A stretch of 63,999 nt of DNA, filler included, from Stramenopiles sp. TOSAG23-6 (taxonomy: Eukaryota), in assembly GCA_900128565.1 (NCBI GenBank). It is 11 parts of 11 records of this genome, joined end to end, with 100 filler letters (N's around TTAATTAATTAA, not from the genome) between each part and the next. Parts side by side here need not be neighbours in the genome. Positions count along the whole stretch, not along the records: positions 29,526 to 35,317 come from LT636831.1; positions 35,418 to 41,209 come from LT636832.1; positions 41,310 to 47,096 come from LT636833.1; 8 more parts are not named here. The stretch is one strand, 5' to 3'. Of the stretch, positions 30,942 through 42,742 are shown in pieces; the first letter of the stretch is position 1, and each line of letters opens with the position of its first letter. Below the pieces are notes generated by a model. That model ran no database searches, was not told the DNA's origin, and worked only from the letters and a program-made list of their open reading frames with translations. The position numbers and the translations under genes are program-made.

Positions 30942-32248
30942 ATGAGTGATCCAAAAAGTGAAGTGAAACCTCACCTACGTTCCTTAATCCGTGGCAAAGG
31001 AAAAGTCATTGTTACAGACACTTTTTCCGCAGCTCAACCAGGTCAATGTAGAAAAAAGGCTGCAGCGTCTGCATTAGTCTTCGCCAAGTCAAACGTGTCT
31101 TTGTCAACCATTACACCCGATAGTATTAGTGTACATGGTGGGGATCATGTAGTAGGTACAGTAGATGATAACACTTCTAAAATAACAAAAGGACCTCCAA
31201 AAAAAAACAACTGGATCGACGACGCATTAGACCAACTATCTGATGCCAGAGGTGTTCAGTGGCAAAAAAAAGTTGCTGCCCAACGAGAAATATCAGCAAG
31301 AACTACTGAACTAAACAGACGTAATCGAGGCGCATATGAATTGAAACATCATAAGGAGGCTATTCGACAAAACGTATGTTTTAACCATAACAATATTTTT
31401 TTTTAATTCATTATTTTTTTCATGACTTTTTCAAAAAAAATTTCAATTTTTTTTTTATATTATTTTTGTACCTAACAAACACAAATCAGTTTTTCACAAA
31501 TATATTCTTACCATACATGATGTACGAGCTACTGATAGAGAATTAGTAATGGATTTATTCGGTACAGATTTTGCAATTCCACCGCCAGAACCAAAAAAGA
31601 AAAACCAAAGTCAAAAAAGTAAAAAAAGTAAAAAAATCAAAAAAAGTAAAAAAAATATATATTGTAACCCTAACCCTACTGTGGATAAAAATATTGCAAA
31701 AGCGTGTCAAAATGCATCATTTATTGCTCATTCAGCAAGCAATTGTATCACTAGTTTTTTATCTACTTTTGATAGACAAATGGAGTTTCTATTTGAAGAA
31801 TTTAATAANAAAAAANGTAGTGAANAAAAAAAANGTANTTNCTGANTTNACAAAAAATCTACAAAAAATAAAAAATAGTGATAAATTAGCAAATCGAGAT
31901 GAAATTAATGATGAAGTAGAAGCATTATTTGGCATATTTGATGAAGAATGTCGTAGTGCGCCGATAGAATGTAAAATCAAAATAGCCGAAAATAATAATT
32001 TGAATATTGATGATTTAATTCATTGTGTACAATTCCAACTAGGGTTAGGGTTAGGGTTCATTACAATTGGTTTTCATGATCATTATCCATCCCATTCTCC
32101 ACCTATATTATATATAGATGAGATAAAGAATGATAAAAAGAAAATAGAAAAATTGAGACATTTGTTACATTATATGCATGCTGATGGAAATGGTGAAATT
32201 TGTGTTTGGCAATGGATTGAAATGTTGAAATCTACATTCAATAAATAA
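30942..32248 (+). CDS. RWD-domain protein (copy 2)
   Basis: Same as 25050-26356. Confidence 0.7.
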
Positions 32249-32569
32249 ATGAATTTGTTACATTATCACTTGTGTTTTTATGATGTCATGTTACTTCTTC
32301 TCCATGACACGTCGTCCAATAGTATCAAAAAATGGTCAATAGTATATATGTATACGCGTTCAGTACCGGGTAGCTTTTCATGGAGTCAGTACACGAATTC
32401 TCAAAATGATGGGAAATATTCTATATTTTTATTTAGGTACAGTTTTTTGTACCAATTTTCAAGAAATTACCCGACAAATCCAAAGAGGAACTTTACTTGC
32501 GTGTTTTTTGGTGTTTCTCCCCTCCCTATTACATATTTTAGAAAGCGAGATAGCTTTCAAAGTAAGAAG

Positions 32570-33268
32570 ATGTCTGCGACTGACCTTGAAAATGCAAATG
32601 AACAGAATGGTGATGTAACAGCGAAGAAAGATGTTAAGGTTTCAGAGGCTACATCATCAACGGACGCGACTGAAGCACCAAAGAGTGCAACATTGGAAAA
32701 TGGAACTTCTGTAACTGATGAAACACGGGAGCGCACTTCAAGTGAAGTTTCTATTAGTGGTACTGATTACGATAAAGAATTAGATGACATGAAGAAAAAG
32801 ATTGCTGATATGGAACGTGAATCTCAAAAGCTTAATGAACTTCAATCTCAAGTATCAGAGGAATTAAGTGCTGTCGCTCAGGCTGCAGATCAAAAAGACG
32901 AATGTTCCATTTACGTTGGTAATGTGGACTATCACACTACCCCTGGGGAGTTACAAAACCATTTTAAAAGTTGTGGAACTGTCGAACGTGTAACTATTCA
33001 ATGTGACAAATGGACTGGGCGCTCTAAAGGTTTTGCGTATATTAAATTTGTCGAACCCGAAGCCGCACAAACTGCGTTAGTTCTTGATAAATCTGAATTC
33101 CGTGGTAGAGAACTGTCAGTTGTTATAAAGAGAGTAAATGTTCGAGGTTTCAATAGTGGACGTGGTAGAGGTCGTGGTCGTGGCAGAGGCCGTGGAAGAG
33201 GTCGTGGCCGTGGTAGAGGACGTGGTAGAGGTCGTGGACGGGGTCGTAATCGGTATAGACCTTATTAG
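32570..33268 (+). CDS. PABPN1: PABPN1 (copy 2)
   Basis: Same as 26678-27376. Confidence 0.9.
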   Translation: MSATDLENANEQNGDVTAKKDVKVSEATSSTDATEAPKSATLENGTSVTDETRERTSSEVSISGTDYDKELDDMKKKIADMERESQKLNELQSQVSEELSAVAQAADQKDECSIYVGNVDYHTTPGELQNHFKSCGTVERVTIQCDKWTGRSKGFAYIKFVEPEAAQTALVLDKSEFRGRELSVVIKRVNVRGFNSGRGRGRGRGRGRGRGRGRGRGRGRGRGRGRNRYRPY

Positions 33269-33713
33269 GGTTAGGGTTGAAGATTTTTTGTCCTTACAAT
33301 TTTGTTTGTTACGTAATAAATGTATATAATACCAATCAGTTTTTATTTTTTATTGAACATTCTCAAGGCAAATAGAATAATGTGAGAAAAGAATGACTTA
33401 TCGTACATGGCGTCGTCTGAGGGAAAGATAGTGAGGAGAGAGAATTCATAGAAATAAAATGAATCGCTTTGAAAAATGGTGTTACCCGGTAATATTAAAA
33501 ATGCAAAAAACACGAAAAACACGAAAAACAAGAAAAAATGAACAAAATGCATCACAAAGAACAAAATGCTACCAAAACCTATGTCCTCACAGCTGACATC
33601 AAGTAGCTTCTAAGAGTTTTCTATTCGCTTTTACTTCAAACTACATCATACCTAATGATTCATAATTGTTTCCTACAATTTCAACAAATTCTAAAGTAAT
33701 ATACTATTTAACA

Positions 33714-34802
33714 ATGAAAACAACGTGTATATTCTTCCTTTTGGTAATACTTTCTACTACAAGATTTGTAAATGCGGCTATGGAAAGCAAACGTAGTACA
33801 GACGACTCAAGTGACATGAAACAGCCATCATCACAACAACAACAAGTAACAAGAAGGCTCCGAGGTGCACAAAATCCACTAATGAAGTTTCTTACAAATC
33901 GTACAAGCATCGATTTGTATAAGTCAGGATATTTAGACCTTGATAGTATTCGAAGTTTTTATGTTGCATCATTCCCACTATTATGCAAAACATTCCCACG
34001 ATTAAGCACTAAAGGTCATTTTCAGGGAACAACTCAATTTGTTCAAAGAGAATCAATAAGAGAGGTGTACGAACCAATAATGAAAATAATACGTATGCTT
34101 CAAATGGGCAAAGTAGTAAGTGAAGATAAAACTATCAAGATGCGCCTGTGTGATGAGACAATAAATGAAGCACTAACACGTATTAAAAGAGAAGCGGCAG
34201 AAATACTCGATTTCAAAGAATTCGACTTTAGAGTTAGGGGTAAGTATGATCCGCTTGTGATTCATGCACCAAATGGAGATATGTTATGCGCTCATTCGGC
34301 ATTTTCCCGACCGCAGAGTTGGTTGGAAACTCCTGTACATTTTGTAGCTTTATTAAATGGTACTGTGTACACATGGGGAGAGGGAGACCAAGGTCGACTT
34401 GGTCATGGTGATGAAAAAAATCAACGCATACCTAAAATTGTTGAAGCATTCAAAAATGAACCTATAAAGAAGATATCAGTTGGTAAAGATCACACTGTTG
34501 CATTATCAACTGATGGTGATGTATACACATGGGGATTTGCAGGATACGGTCAACTTGGTCTTTGGAATGACAGCGACGATTCCGATGATTCCGACGATTC
34601 TGATCGTGGTGATCAAAACACACCTAAACTTGTTGTATTATTATGTGATTCAGAAGTGAAGGACATATTGGCTGGAGATGACTACACTCGTATAGAACTA
34701 GCAAATGGTGAATGGCGTGACACTCGAAAAGTGGAACTTATTTCTGGTGATCTCCTTTGGCCAATGGATTCAGATCAAGAGAAGGATTCAGATTCGGATT
34801 AA
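33714..34802 (+). CDS. RCC1-repeat protein (copy 2)
   Basis: Same as 27822-28910. Confidence 0.8.
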   Translation: MKTTCIFFLLVILSTTRFVNAAMESKRSTDDSSDMKQPSSQQQQVTRRLRGAQNPLMKFLTNRTSIDLYKSGYLDLDSIRSFYVASFPLLCKTFPRLSTKGHFQGTTQFVQRESIREVYEPIMKIIRMLQMGKVVSEDKTIKMRLCDETINEALTRIKREAAEILDFKEFDFRVRGKYDPLVIHAPNGDMLCAHSAFSRPQSWLETPVHFVALLNGTVYTWGEGDQGRLGHGDEKNQRIPKIVEAFKNEPIKKISVGKDHTVALSTDGDVYTWGFAGYGQLGLWNDSDDSDDSDDSDRGDQNTPKLVVLLCDSEVKDILAGDDYTRIELANGEWRDTRKVELISGDLLWPMDSDQEKDSDSD

Positions 34803-35544
34803 CCATCATAAGTTATAATGAATAATTATCGTGGGTTCCTTTTTTTAACTAACTTTTTTGTAACACACATCTGTACATAAGAAAAAAAATCATTATATAT
34901 ATATATATATATATTTAAACAAAATGCACAAAATAAAATAAAATAAAATATAAACAATGAAAAAAAATTTTTTTTTTTTTTTACTCTCGTTTATAATTTT
35001 TTTTTTTCAATATATTTTTCAAATGGCAGGTAGAGTATATTCATCATACTGTGAAATATGTTTATTTTTTTTTCGTCCACTTCTCCTAGGGTTAGGGTTT
35101 TCATGTTGTAATGAGTTTTTTCGTCTACTTCTCCTAGGGTTAGGGTTTTCATGTTGTAGTGAGAGTTTATGAAATGATTGACTAAGTGATGAAGAATCTC
35201 TACTTTTCATATAATATTCTTGTTTTTCTTCATCATCCAAATTTTTATTACGACGTTTTGGCTTAGGGTTAGGGTTATATTGTCTATCATGACTGTTTTG
35301 CCTATCTGAAATATAATNNNNNNNNNNNNNNNNNNNNNNNNNNNNNNNNNNNNNNNNNNNNTTAATTAATTAANNNNNNNNNNNNNNNNNNNNNNNNNNN
35401 NNNNNNNNNNNNNNNNNAAAAAAAAATATAAAAAAAATTTTTTGGGAAAAAAATTTTTTTCCAAAAAAAAAAAAAAATTGTTAGGTACAAAATTTCGTAC
35501 GAAAAAAAAAAAATTCAAATGTAAAAAAAATAAATAAAACATAC

Positions 35545-36432
35545 ATTGACTTTCATTGGAAATAATTGAGCAAATGAAGGAAATGTTGTTAATTCTTCAG
35601 TTTTGTTTTTATCTCTCCAACATTGAATCTTTTGTATAATATTTTCATCTTTTGTTTCATTTTTGATTTCATCATCTGAAATACTATTAAATAATATAAG
35701 TAATTGTGGAACAATCTCATTAGGGTTAGGGTTATGACTGGTGGTAGATGATAACAAATCAAATCCTTGACAACGAAATTGAATTTGTCTATTTGCGAAA
35801 GGCCAAGGCAACCAAATAGAACCGTTTATAAACACTTCAATATCTTTCTTTTGAAATAAAATAGTTGGATCTAAGACATACGTATTCCAATCACCTAATA
35901 TATCCCATTCTCGAGCTAAAGCTAACAATTCGTGGGGTAAAGCATCATATGTAGCCTCCCATCGCAAATGGTGAATATTTTCTTCTCTTTTGTATTTTGT
36001 TACAAGTGTTGTGTTTGTATTTTTTGGCTTATTTTCAGATGTAGTAGTTGGTGTAGTTGCAAGCCATTCTCCAGCTTTACCCAAGTCTTTGACCTTTTGA
36101 AGCGTTGTTTCAATTCGCTGTACTGTAGGTGTAATTAATGTCAAGAGTTCATTTACTTGCTCTGTAGTTACAAGCGTTTTTGATACTGTAGGAGGTACTG
36201 GTGGAGTAATTGACGACGATGGAGCTGCTGATACTATTTGAGGCGACTTTATTGGGTGTGCAGTATCTGAAATTTCATTTGAAACACTCTTTGTTTCAGC
36301 AAGCTCAGTAGTAGACCATGTTCGATTTTGTAATGACGCTAAAAGAACATCACGTGCTTCTAAAATACGACCCACACTGATTAGTTCTTTTGCATTTTCA
36401 AGAGCCAAGGTAAGATTAATAGTTGAAGTCAT
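35545..36432 (-). CDS. START-like protein (copy 3)
   Basis: Same as 23761-24648. Confidence 0.55.
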
Positions 36433-36833
36433 TAATTTAATTGCTTAGTTATAGATTTGTATGATAATTCCAAGAAAATATTGAATAGGTTGTGAGTCCT
36501 TGTGAGTTTGTGTACCAAACAAAATTACTTTTTTATTATTCCAATATTGAATATTCAGTCAGTCAAAATCTCTGACCAATTATTTCCGTGGCTCTCTCTC
36601 GAAATTGCCAAATTGGTGAAGAGATTTTGACCAATTTCCGTGGCTCGGAAATTGGTCATTTCATTTCAGCAACACTTTTTCATTTTTCATTTTTTGCTAA
36701 ATAGGACTACGACAAAACAAATATTTTTTACAAACAAACTTTGCTGCTTCATTGCTGATGCGTACAATACTATAGATTTCGCAATTAGCACAACACACAA
36801 TATTCTTTGATCAATATCTTATTTATATATAGT

Positions 36834-38140
36834 ATGAGTGATCCAAAAAGTGAAGTGAAACCTCACCTACGTTCCTTAATCCGTGGCAAAGGAAAAGTCA
36901 TTGTTACAGACACTTTTTCCGCAGCTCAACCAGGTCAATGTAGAAAAAAGGCTGCAGCGTCTGCATTAGTCTTCGCCAAGTCAAACGTGTCTTTGTCAAC
37001 CATTACACCCGATAGTATTAGTGTACATGGTGGGGATCATGTAGTAGGTACAGTAGATGATAACACTTCTAAAATAACAAAAGGACCTCCAAAAAAAAAC
37101 AACTGGATCGACGACGCATTAGACCAACTATCTGATGCCAGAGGTGTTCAGTGGCAAAAAAAAGTTGCTGCCCAACGAGAAATATCAGCAAGAACTACTG
37201 AACTAAACAGACGTAATCGAGGCGCATATGAATTGAAACATCATAAGGAGGCTATTCGACAAAACGTATGTTTTAACCATAACAATATTTTTTTTTAATT
37301 CATTATTTTTTTCATGACTTTTTCAAAAAAAATTTCAATTTTTTTTTTATATTATTTTTGTACCTAACAAACACAAATCAGTTTTTCACAAATATATTCT
37401 TACCATACATGATGTACGAGCTACTGATAGAGAATTAGTAATGGATTTATTCGGTACAGATTTTGCAATTCCACCGCCAGAACCAAAAAAGAAAAACCAA
37501 AGTCAAAAAAGTAAAAAAAGTAAAAAAATCAAAAAAAGTAAAAAAAATATATATTGTAACCCTAACCCTACTGTGGATAAAAATATTGCAAAAGCGTGTC
37601 AAAATGCATCATTTATTGCTCATTCAGCAAGCAATTGTATCACTAGTTTTTTATCTACTTTTGATAGACAAATGGAGTTTCTATTTGAAGAATTTAATAA
37701 NAAAAAANGTAGTGAANAAAAAAAANGTANTTNCTGANTTNACAAAAAATCTACAAAAAATAAAAAATAGTGATAAATTAGCAAATCGAGATGAAATTAA
37801 TGATGAAGTAGAAGCATTATTTGGCATATTTGATGAAGAATGTCGTAGTGCGCCGATAGAATGTAAAATCAAAATAGCCGAAAATAATAATTTGAATATT
37901 GATGATTTAATTCATTGTGTACAATTCCAACTAGGGTTAGGGTTAGGGTTCATTACAATTGGTTTTCATGATCATTATCCATCCCATTCTCCACCTATAT
38001 TATATATAGATGAGATAAAGAATGATAAAAAGAAAATAGAAAAATTGAGACATTTGTTACATTATATGCATGCTGATGGAAATGGTGAAATTTGTGTTTG
38101 GCAATGGATTGAAATGTTGAAATCTACATTCAATAAATAA
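36834..38140 (+). CDS. RWD-domain protein (copy 3)
   Basis: Same as 25050-26356. Confidence 0.7.
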
Positions 38141-38461
38141 ATGAATTTGTTACATTATCACTTGTGTTTTTATGATGTCATGTTACTTCTTCTCCATGAC
38201 ACGTCGTCCAATAGTATCAAAAAATGGTCAATAGTATATATGTATACGCGTTCAGTACCGGGTAGCTTTTCATGGAGTCAGTACACGAATTCTCAAAATG
38301 ATGGGAAATATTCTATATTTTTATTTAGGTACAGTTTTTTGTACCAATTTTCAAGAAATTACCCGACAAATCCAAAGAGGAACTTTACTTGCGTGTTTTT
38401 TGGTGTTTCTCCCCTCCCTATTACATATTTTAGAAAGCGAGATAGCTTTCAAAGTAAGAAG

Positions 38462-39160
38462 ATGTCTGCGACTGACCTTGAAAATGCAAATGAACAGAAT
38501 GGTGATGTAACAGCGAAGAAAGATGTTAAGGTTTCAGAGGCTACATCATCAACGGACGCGACTGAAGCACCAAAGAGTGCAACATTGGAAAATGGAACTT
38601 CTGTAACTGATGAAACACGGGAGCGCACTTCAAGTGAAGTTTCTATTAGTGGTACTGATTACGATAAAGAATTAGATGACATGAAGAAAAAGATTGCTGA
38701 TATGGAACGTGAATCTCAAAAGCTTAATGAACTTCAATCTCAAGTATCAGAGGAATTAAGTGCTGTCGCTCAGGCTGCAGATCAAAAAGACGAATGTTCC
38801 ATTTACGTTGGTAATGTGGACTATCACACTACCCCTGGGGAGTTACAAAACCATTTTAAAAGTTGTGGAACTGTCGAACGTGTAACTATTCAATGTGACA
38901 AATGGACTGGGCGCTCTAAAGGTTTTGCGTATATTAAATTTGTCGAACCCGAAGCCGCACAAACTGCGTTAGTTCTTGATAAATCTGAATTCCGTGGTAG
39001 AGAACTGTCAGTTGTTATAAAGAGAGTAAATGTTCGAGGTTTCAATAGTGGACGTGGTAGAGGTCGTGGTCGTGGCAGAGGCCGTGGAAGAGGTCGTGGC
39101 CGTGGTAGAGGACGTGGTAGAGGTCGTGGACGGGGTCGTAATCGGTATAGACCTTATTAG
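38462..39160 (+). CDS. PABPN1: PABPN1 (copy 3)
   Basis: Same as 26678-27376. Confidence 0.9.
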   Translation: MSATDLENANEQNGDVTAKKDVKVSEATSSTDATEAPKSATLENGTSVTDETRERTSSEVSISGTDYDKELDDMKKKIADMERESQKLNELQSQVSEELSAVAQAADQKDECSIYVGNVDYHTTPGELQNHFKSCGTVERVTIQCDKWTGRSKGFAYIKFVEPEAAQTALVLDKSEFRGRELSVVIKRVNVRGFNSGRGRGRGRGRGRGRGRGRGRGRGRGRGRGRNRYRPY

Positions 39161-39605
39161 GGTTAGGGTTGAAGATTTTTTGTCCTTACAATTTTGTTTG
39201 TTACGTAATAAATGTATATAATACCAATCAGTTTTTATTTTTTATTGAACATTCTCAAGGCAAATAGAATAATGTGAGAAAAGAATGACTTATCGTACAT
39301 GGCGTCGTCTGAGGGAAAGATAGTGAGGAGAGAGAATTCATAGAAATAAAATGAATCGCTTTGAAAAATGGTGTTACCCGGTAATATTAAAAATGCAAAA
39401 AACACGAAAAACACGAAAAACAAGAAAAAATGAACAAAATGCATCACAAAGAACAAAATGCTACCAAAACCTATGTCCTCACAGCTGACATCAAGTAGCT
39501 TCTAAGAGTTTTCTATTCGCTTTTACTTCAAACTACATCATACCTAATGATTCATAATTGTTTCCTACAATTTCAACAAATTCTAAAGTAATATACTATT
39601 TAACA

Positions 39606-40694
39606 ATGAAAACAACGTGTATATTCTTCCTTTTGGTAATACTTTCTACTACAAGATTTGTAAATGCGGCTATGGAAAGCAAACGTAGTACAGACGACTC
39701 AAGTGACATGAAACAGCCATCATCACAACAACAACAAGTAACAAGAAGGCTCCGAGGTGCACAAAATCCACTAATGAAGTTTCTTACAAATCGTACAAGC
39801 ATCGATTTGTATAAGTCAGGATATTTAGACCTTGATAGTATTCGAAGTTTTTATGTTGCATCATTCCCACTATTATGCAAAACATTCCCACGATTAAGCA
39901 CTAAAGGTCATTTTCAGGGAACAACTCAATTTGTTCAAAGAGAATCAATAAGAGAGGTGTACGAACCAATAATGAAAATAATACGTATGCTTCAAATGGG
40001 CAAAGTAGTAAGTGAAGATAAAACTATCAAGATGCGCCTGTGTGATGAGACAATAAATGAAGCACTAACACGTATTAAAAGAGAAGCGGCAGAAATACTC
40101 GATTTCAAAGAATTCGACTTTAGAGTTAGGGGTAAGTATGATCCGCTTGTGATTCATGCACCAAATGGAGATATGTTATGCGCTCATTCGGCATTTTCCC
40201 GACCGCAGAGTTGGTTGGAAACTCCTGTACATTTTGTAGCTTTATTAAATGGTACTGTGTACACATGGGGAGAGGGAGACCAAGGTCGACTTGGTCATGG
40301 TGATGAAAAAAATCAACGCATACCTAAAATTGTTGAAGCATTCAAAAATGAACCTATAAAGAAGATATCAGTTGGTAAAGATCACACTGTTGCATTATCA
40401 ACTGATGGTGATGTATACACATGGGGATTTGCAGGATACGGTCAACTTGGTCTTTGGAATGACAGCGACGATTCCGATGATTCCGACGATTCTGATCGTG
40501 GTGATCAAAACACACCTAAACTTGTTGTATTATTATGTGATTCAGAAGTGAAGGACATATTGGCTGGAGATGACTACACTCGTATAGAACTAGCAAATGG
40601 TGAATGGCGTGACACTCGAAAAGTGGAACTTATTTCTGGTGATCTCCTTTGGCCAATGGATTCAGATCAAGAGAAGGATTCAGATTCGGATTAA
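39606..40694 (+). CDS. RCC1-repeat protein (copy 3)
   Basis: Same as 27822-28910. Confidence 0.8.
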   Translation: MKTTCIFFLLVILSTTRFVNAAMESKRSTDDSSDMKQPSSQQQQVTRRLRGAQNPLMKFLTNRTSIDLYKSGYLDLDSIRSFYVASFPLLCKTFPRLSTKGHFQGTTQFVQRESIREVYEPIMKIIRMLQMGKVVSEDKTIKMRLCDETINEALTRIKREAAEILDFKEFDFRVRGKYDPLVIHAPNGDMLCAHSAFSRPQSWLETPVHFVALLNGTVYTWGEGDQGRLGHGDEKNQRIPKIVEAFKNEPIKKISVGKDHTVALSTDGDVYTWGFAGYGQLGLWNDSDDSDDSDDSDRGDQNTPKLVVLLCDSEVKDILAGDDYTRIELANGEWRDTRKVELISGDLLWPMDSDQEKDSDSD

Positions 40695-41309
40695 CCATCA
40701 TAAGTTATAATGAATAATTATCGTGGGTTCCTTTTTTTAACTAACTTTTTTGTAACACACATCTGTACATAAGAAAAAAAATCATTATATATATATATAT
40801 ATATATTTAAACAAAATGCACAAAATAAAATAAAATAAAATATAAACAATGAAAAAAAATTTTTTTTTTTTTTTACTCTCGTTTATAATTTTTTTTTTTC
40901 AATATATTTTTCAAATGGCAGGTAGAGTATATTCATCATACTGTGAAATATGTTTATTTTTTTTTCGTCCACTTCTCCTAGGGTTAGGGTTTTCATGTTG
41001 TAATGAGTTTTTTCGTCTACTTCTCCTAGGGTTAGGGTTTTCATGTTGTAGTGAGAGTTTATGAAATGATTGACTAAGTGATGAAGAATCTCTACTTTTC
41101 ATATAATATTCTTGTTTTTCTTCATCATCCAAATTTTTATTACGACGTTTTGGCTTAGGGTTAGGGTTATATTGTCTATCATGACTGTTTTGCCTATCTG
41201 AAATATAATNNNNNNNNNNNNNNNNNNNNNNNNNNNNNNNNNNNNNNNNNNNNTTAATTAATTAANNNNNNNNNNNNNNNNNNNNNNNNNNNNNNNNNNN
41301 NNNNNNNNN

Positions 41310-42548
41310 GCAATGTGTAAAGATAAATTGTTTCTTCAAGACACAGTTGAAAGTGCCTCAGCAAAGGTCGGCGGTTTATCATCAGAGTTACGTGTAGAGG
41401 CTCTTGCCTTAGCTCGTAAATTGAATCCCGGCTTAAAAATGTGGACAAAGACCGATTGGGATCACCGTCGAAAGGTAAAGGAAGCAATGGAGAAACATGG
41501 TAATGAGATCAACTCACCTTGGATTGAAGTTTATGATCCCGGAGAAAAAAGTTTTTATTATTGGCATCAAGAAACACACGAGACAACATGGGAGCAACCA
41601 AAGGGATACAAAATGTCATGTGATGACTCAATTATGAGTTCTGCAATACGAATTCAAAACTTTTGGAGAATAGTTTTAGCTCGAATTCGTACCAAAATAA
41701 GAAAGACAGTATTTGATATGAATGTGACTAAGACCGCATTGATTGAACAGATTTCGGCGAGTAGAACAAGACAACACAAAAATGAAGAGATTATTTGTGA
41801 TTGGGTAGAATCATTTGACTCTGAAAATGATGCATATTATTACTACAATTATGCTACAGGAATGACAGTTTGGGACAAGCCCTCTGATTATGTGATGGCA
41901 GCAGATGACTTACTGTTTAAATCTGTCATAAAATTACAATGTGCATATCGTTCTCGATGTGCTTATCGCAAGTTATACGGTAAGAAGCAGCAAATTGAAA
42001 TAGAAAAGAAAGAAAAGAGTAAGAGACAATTTGTGTATGATTCGATTTTTCAGGATGATATCGAGCCACATAAAGATTATGGAATTCACATTGTTTCTGC
42101 TAGAGGTCTTGCAAACAAGGATATTTTGGGTAAGTCTGATCCTTATGTAGTTGTTTTACTTCACCAATGGATTGAAAATGATAATTCATTTGCAGAAAAA
42201 TGGGAGTCTGAAAATGCAAAAAATAAGAAGGATCATTGGGCAAGATCAAAAACTCATCAAAATTCATTAGCCCCAACATTTAACGAGACATTATGGCTAG
42301 CATCTGGGATAGATCCTCAAGCAAAATCCCAAAAACGATTTGGAATTCATTTAATTATTCTAGATAGTGATGTTGTTCATTCTGGTATAATCAGTGGAGA
42401 ATACCTCGGAGAGATGGCCATGGAGCTTGGTGGAGGGTTTGGCGTAGAAAATGATAATTATAAGGAAGAAAAAGAATATGCATTGGTTGATAAAGATGGG
42501 AAACCAAATGGTGCGCACATTACTTTTTCTTGGATGCGGAGAATATGA
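41310..42548 (+). CDS. WW-IQ-WW-IQ-C2 domain protein, 5'-truncated
   Basis: WIEVYD..YYWHQETHETTWEQP, AIRIQNFWR, YYYNYATGMTVWDKP, KLQCAYR, IVSARGLANKDILGKSDPYV. Confidence 0.85.
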   Translation, partial: AMCKDKLFLQDTVESASAKVGGLSSELRVEALALARKLNPGLKMWTKTDWDHRRKVKEAMEKHGNEINSPWIEVYDPGEKSFYYWHQETHETTWEQPKGYKMSCDDSIMSSAIRIQNFWRIVLARIRTKIRKTVFDMNVTKTALIEQISASRTRQHKNEEIICDWVESFDSENDAYYYYNYATGMTVWDKPSDYVMAADDLLFKSVIKLQCAYRSRCAYRKLYGKKQQIEIEKKEKSKRQFVYDSIFQDDIEPHKDYGIHIVSARGLANKDILGKSDPYVVVLLHQWIENDNSFAEKWESENAKNKKDHWARSKTHQNSLAPTFNETLWLASGIDPQAKSQKRFGIHLIILDSDVVHSGIISGEYLGEMAMELGGGFGVENDNYKEEKEYALVDKDGKPNGAHITFSWMRRI

Positions 42549-42742
42549 AGCTTAGCTTAGCTTACGTCTTTTTTTATTATTTATAAAAATATAATTTTAA
42601 AACTTTTTTCTAGAAATTTGTATAGCGTTTAAATTTTTAAAATTTTACAAAATTTGCGCGCAGTCAGTCGCGGTCAAAATATTTCGTTTTCTCTCTTTAT
42701 TTATTCAGGAGTATTTTTTTTCAATAACTATATTTGTCCAGT

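Larger units (their letters stand above)
23634..41209 (+). repeat. Three apparently identical copies of one 5792-nt contig (23634-29425, 29526-35317, 35418-41209)
   Basis: Period 5892 including spacer; identical ORFs and N positions. Confidence 0.98.

Noticed and set aside
23634-41209. Apparent tandem triplication of a 5.9-kb gene cluster
   Set aside because: Copies are separated by artificial spacers and share N positions; redundant contigs, not amplification.
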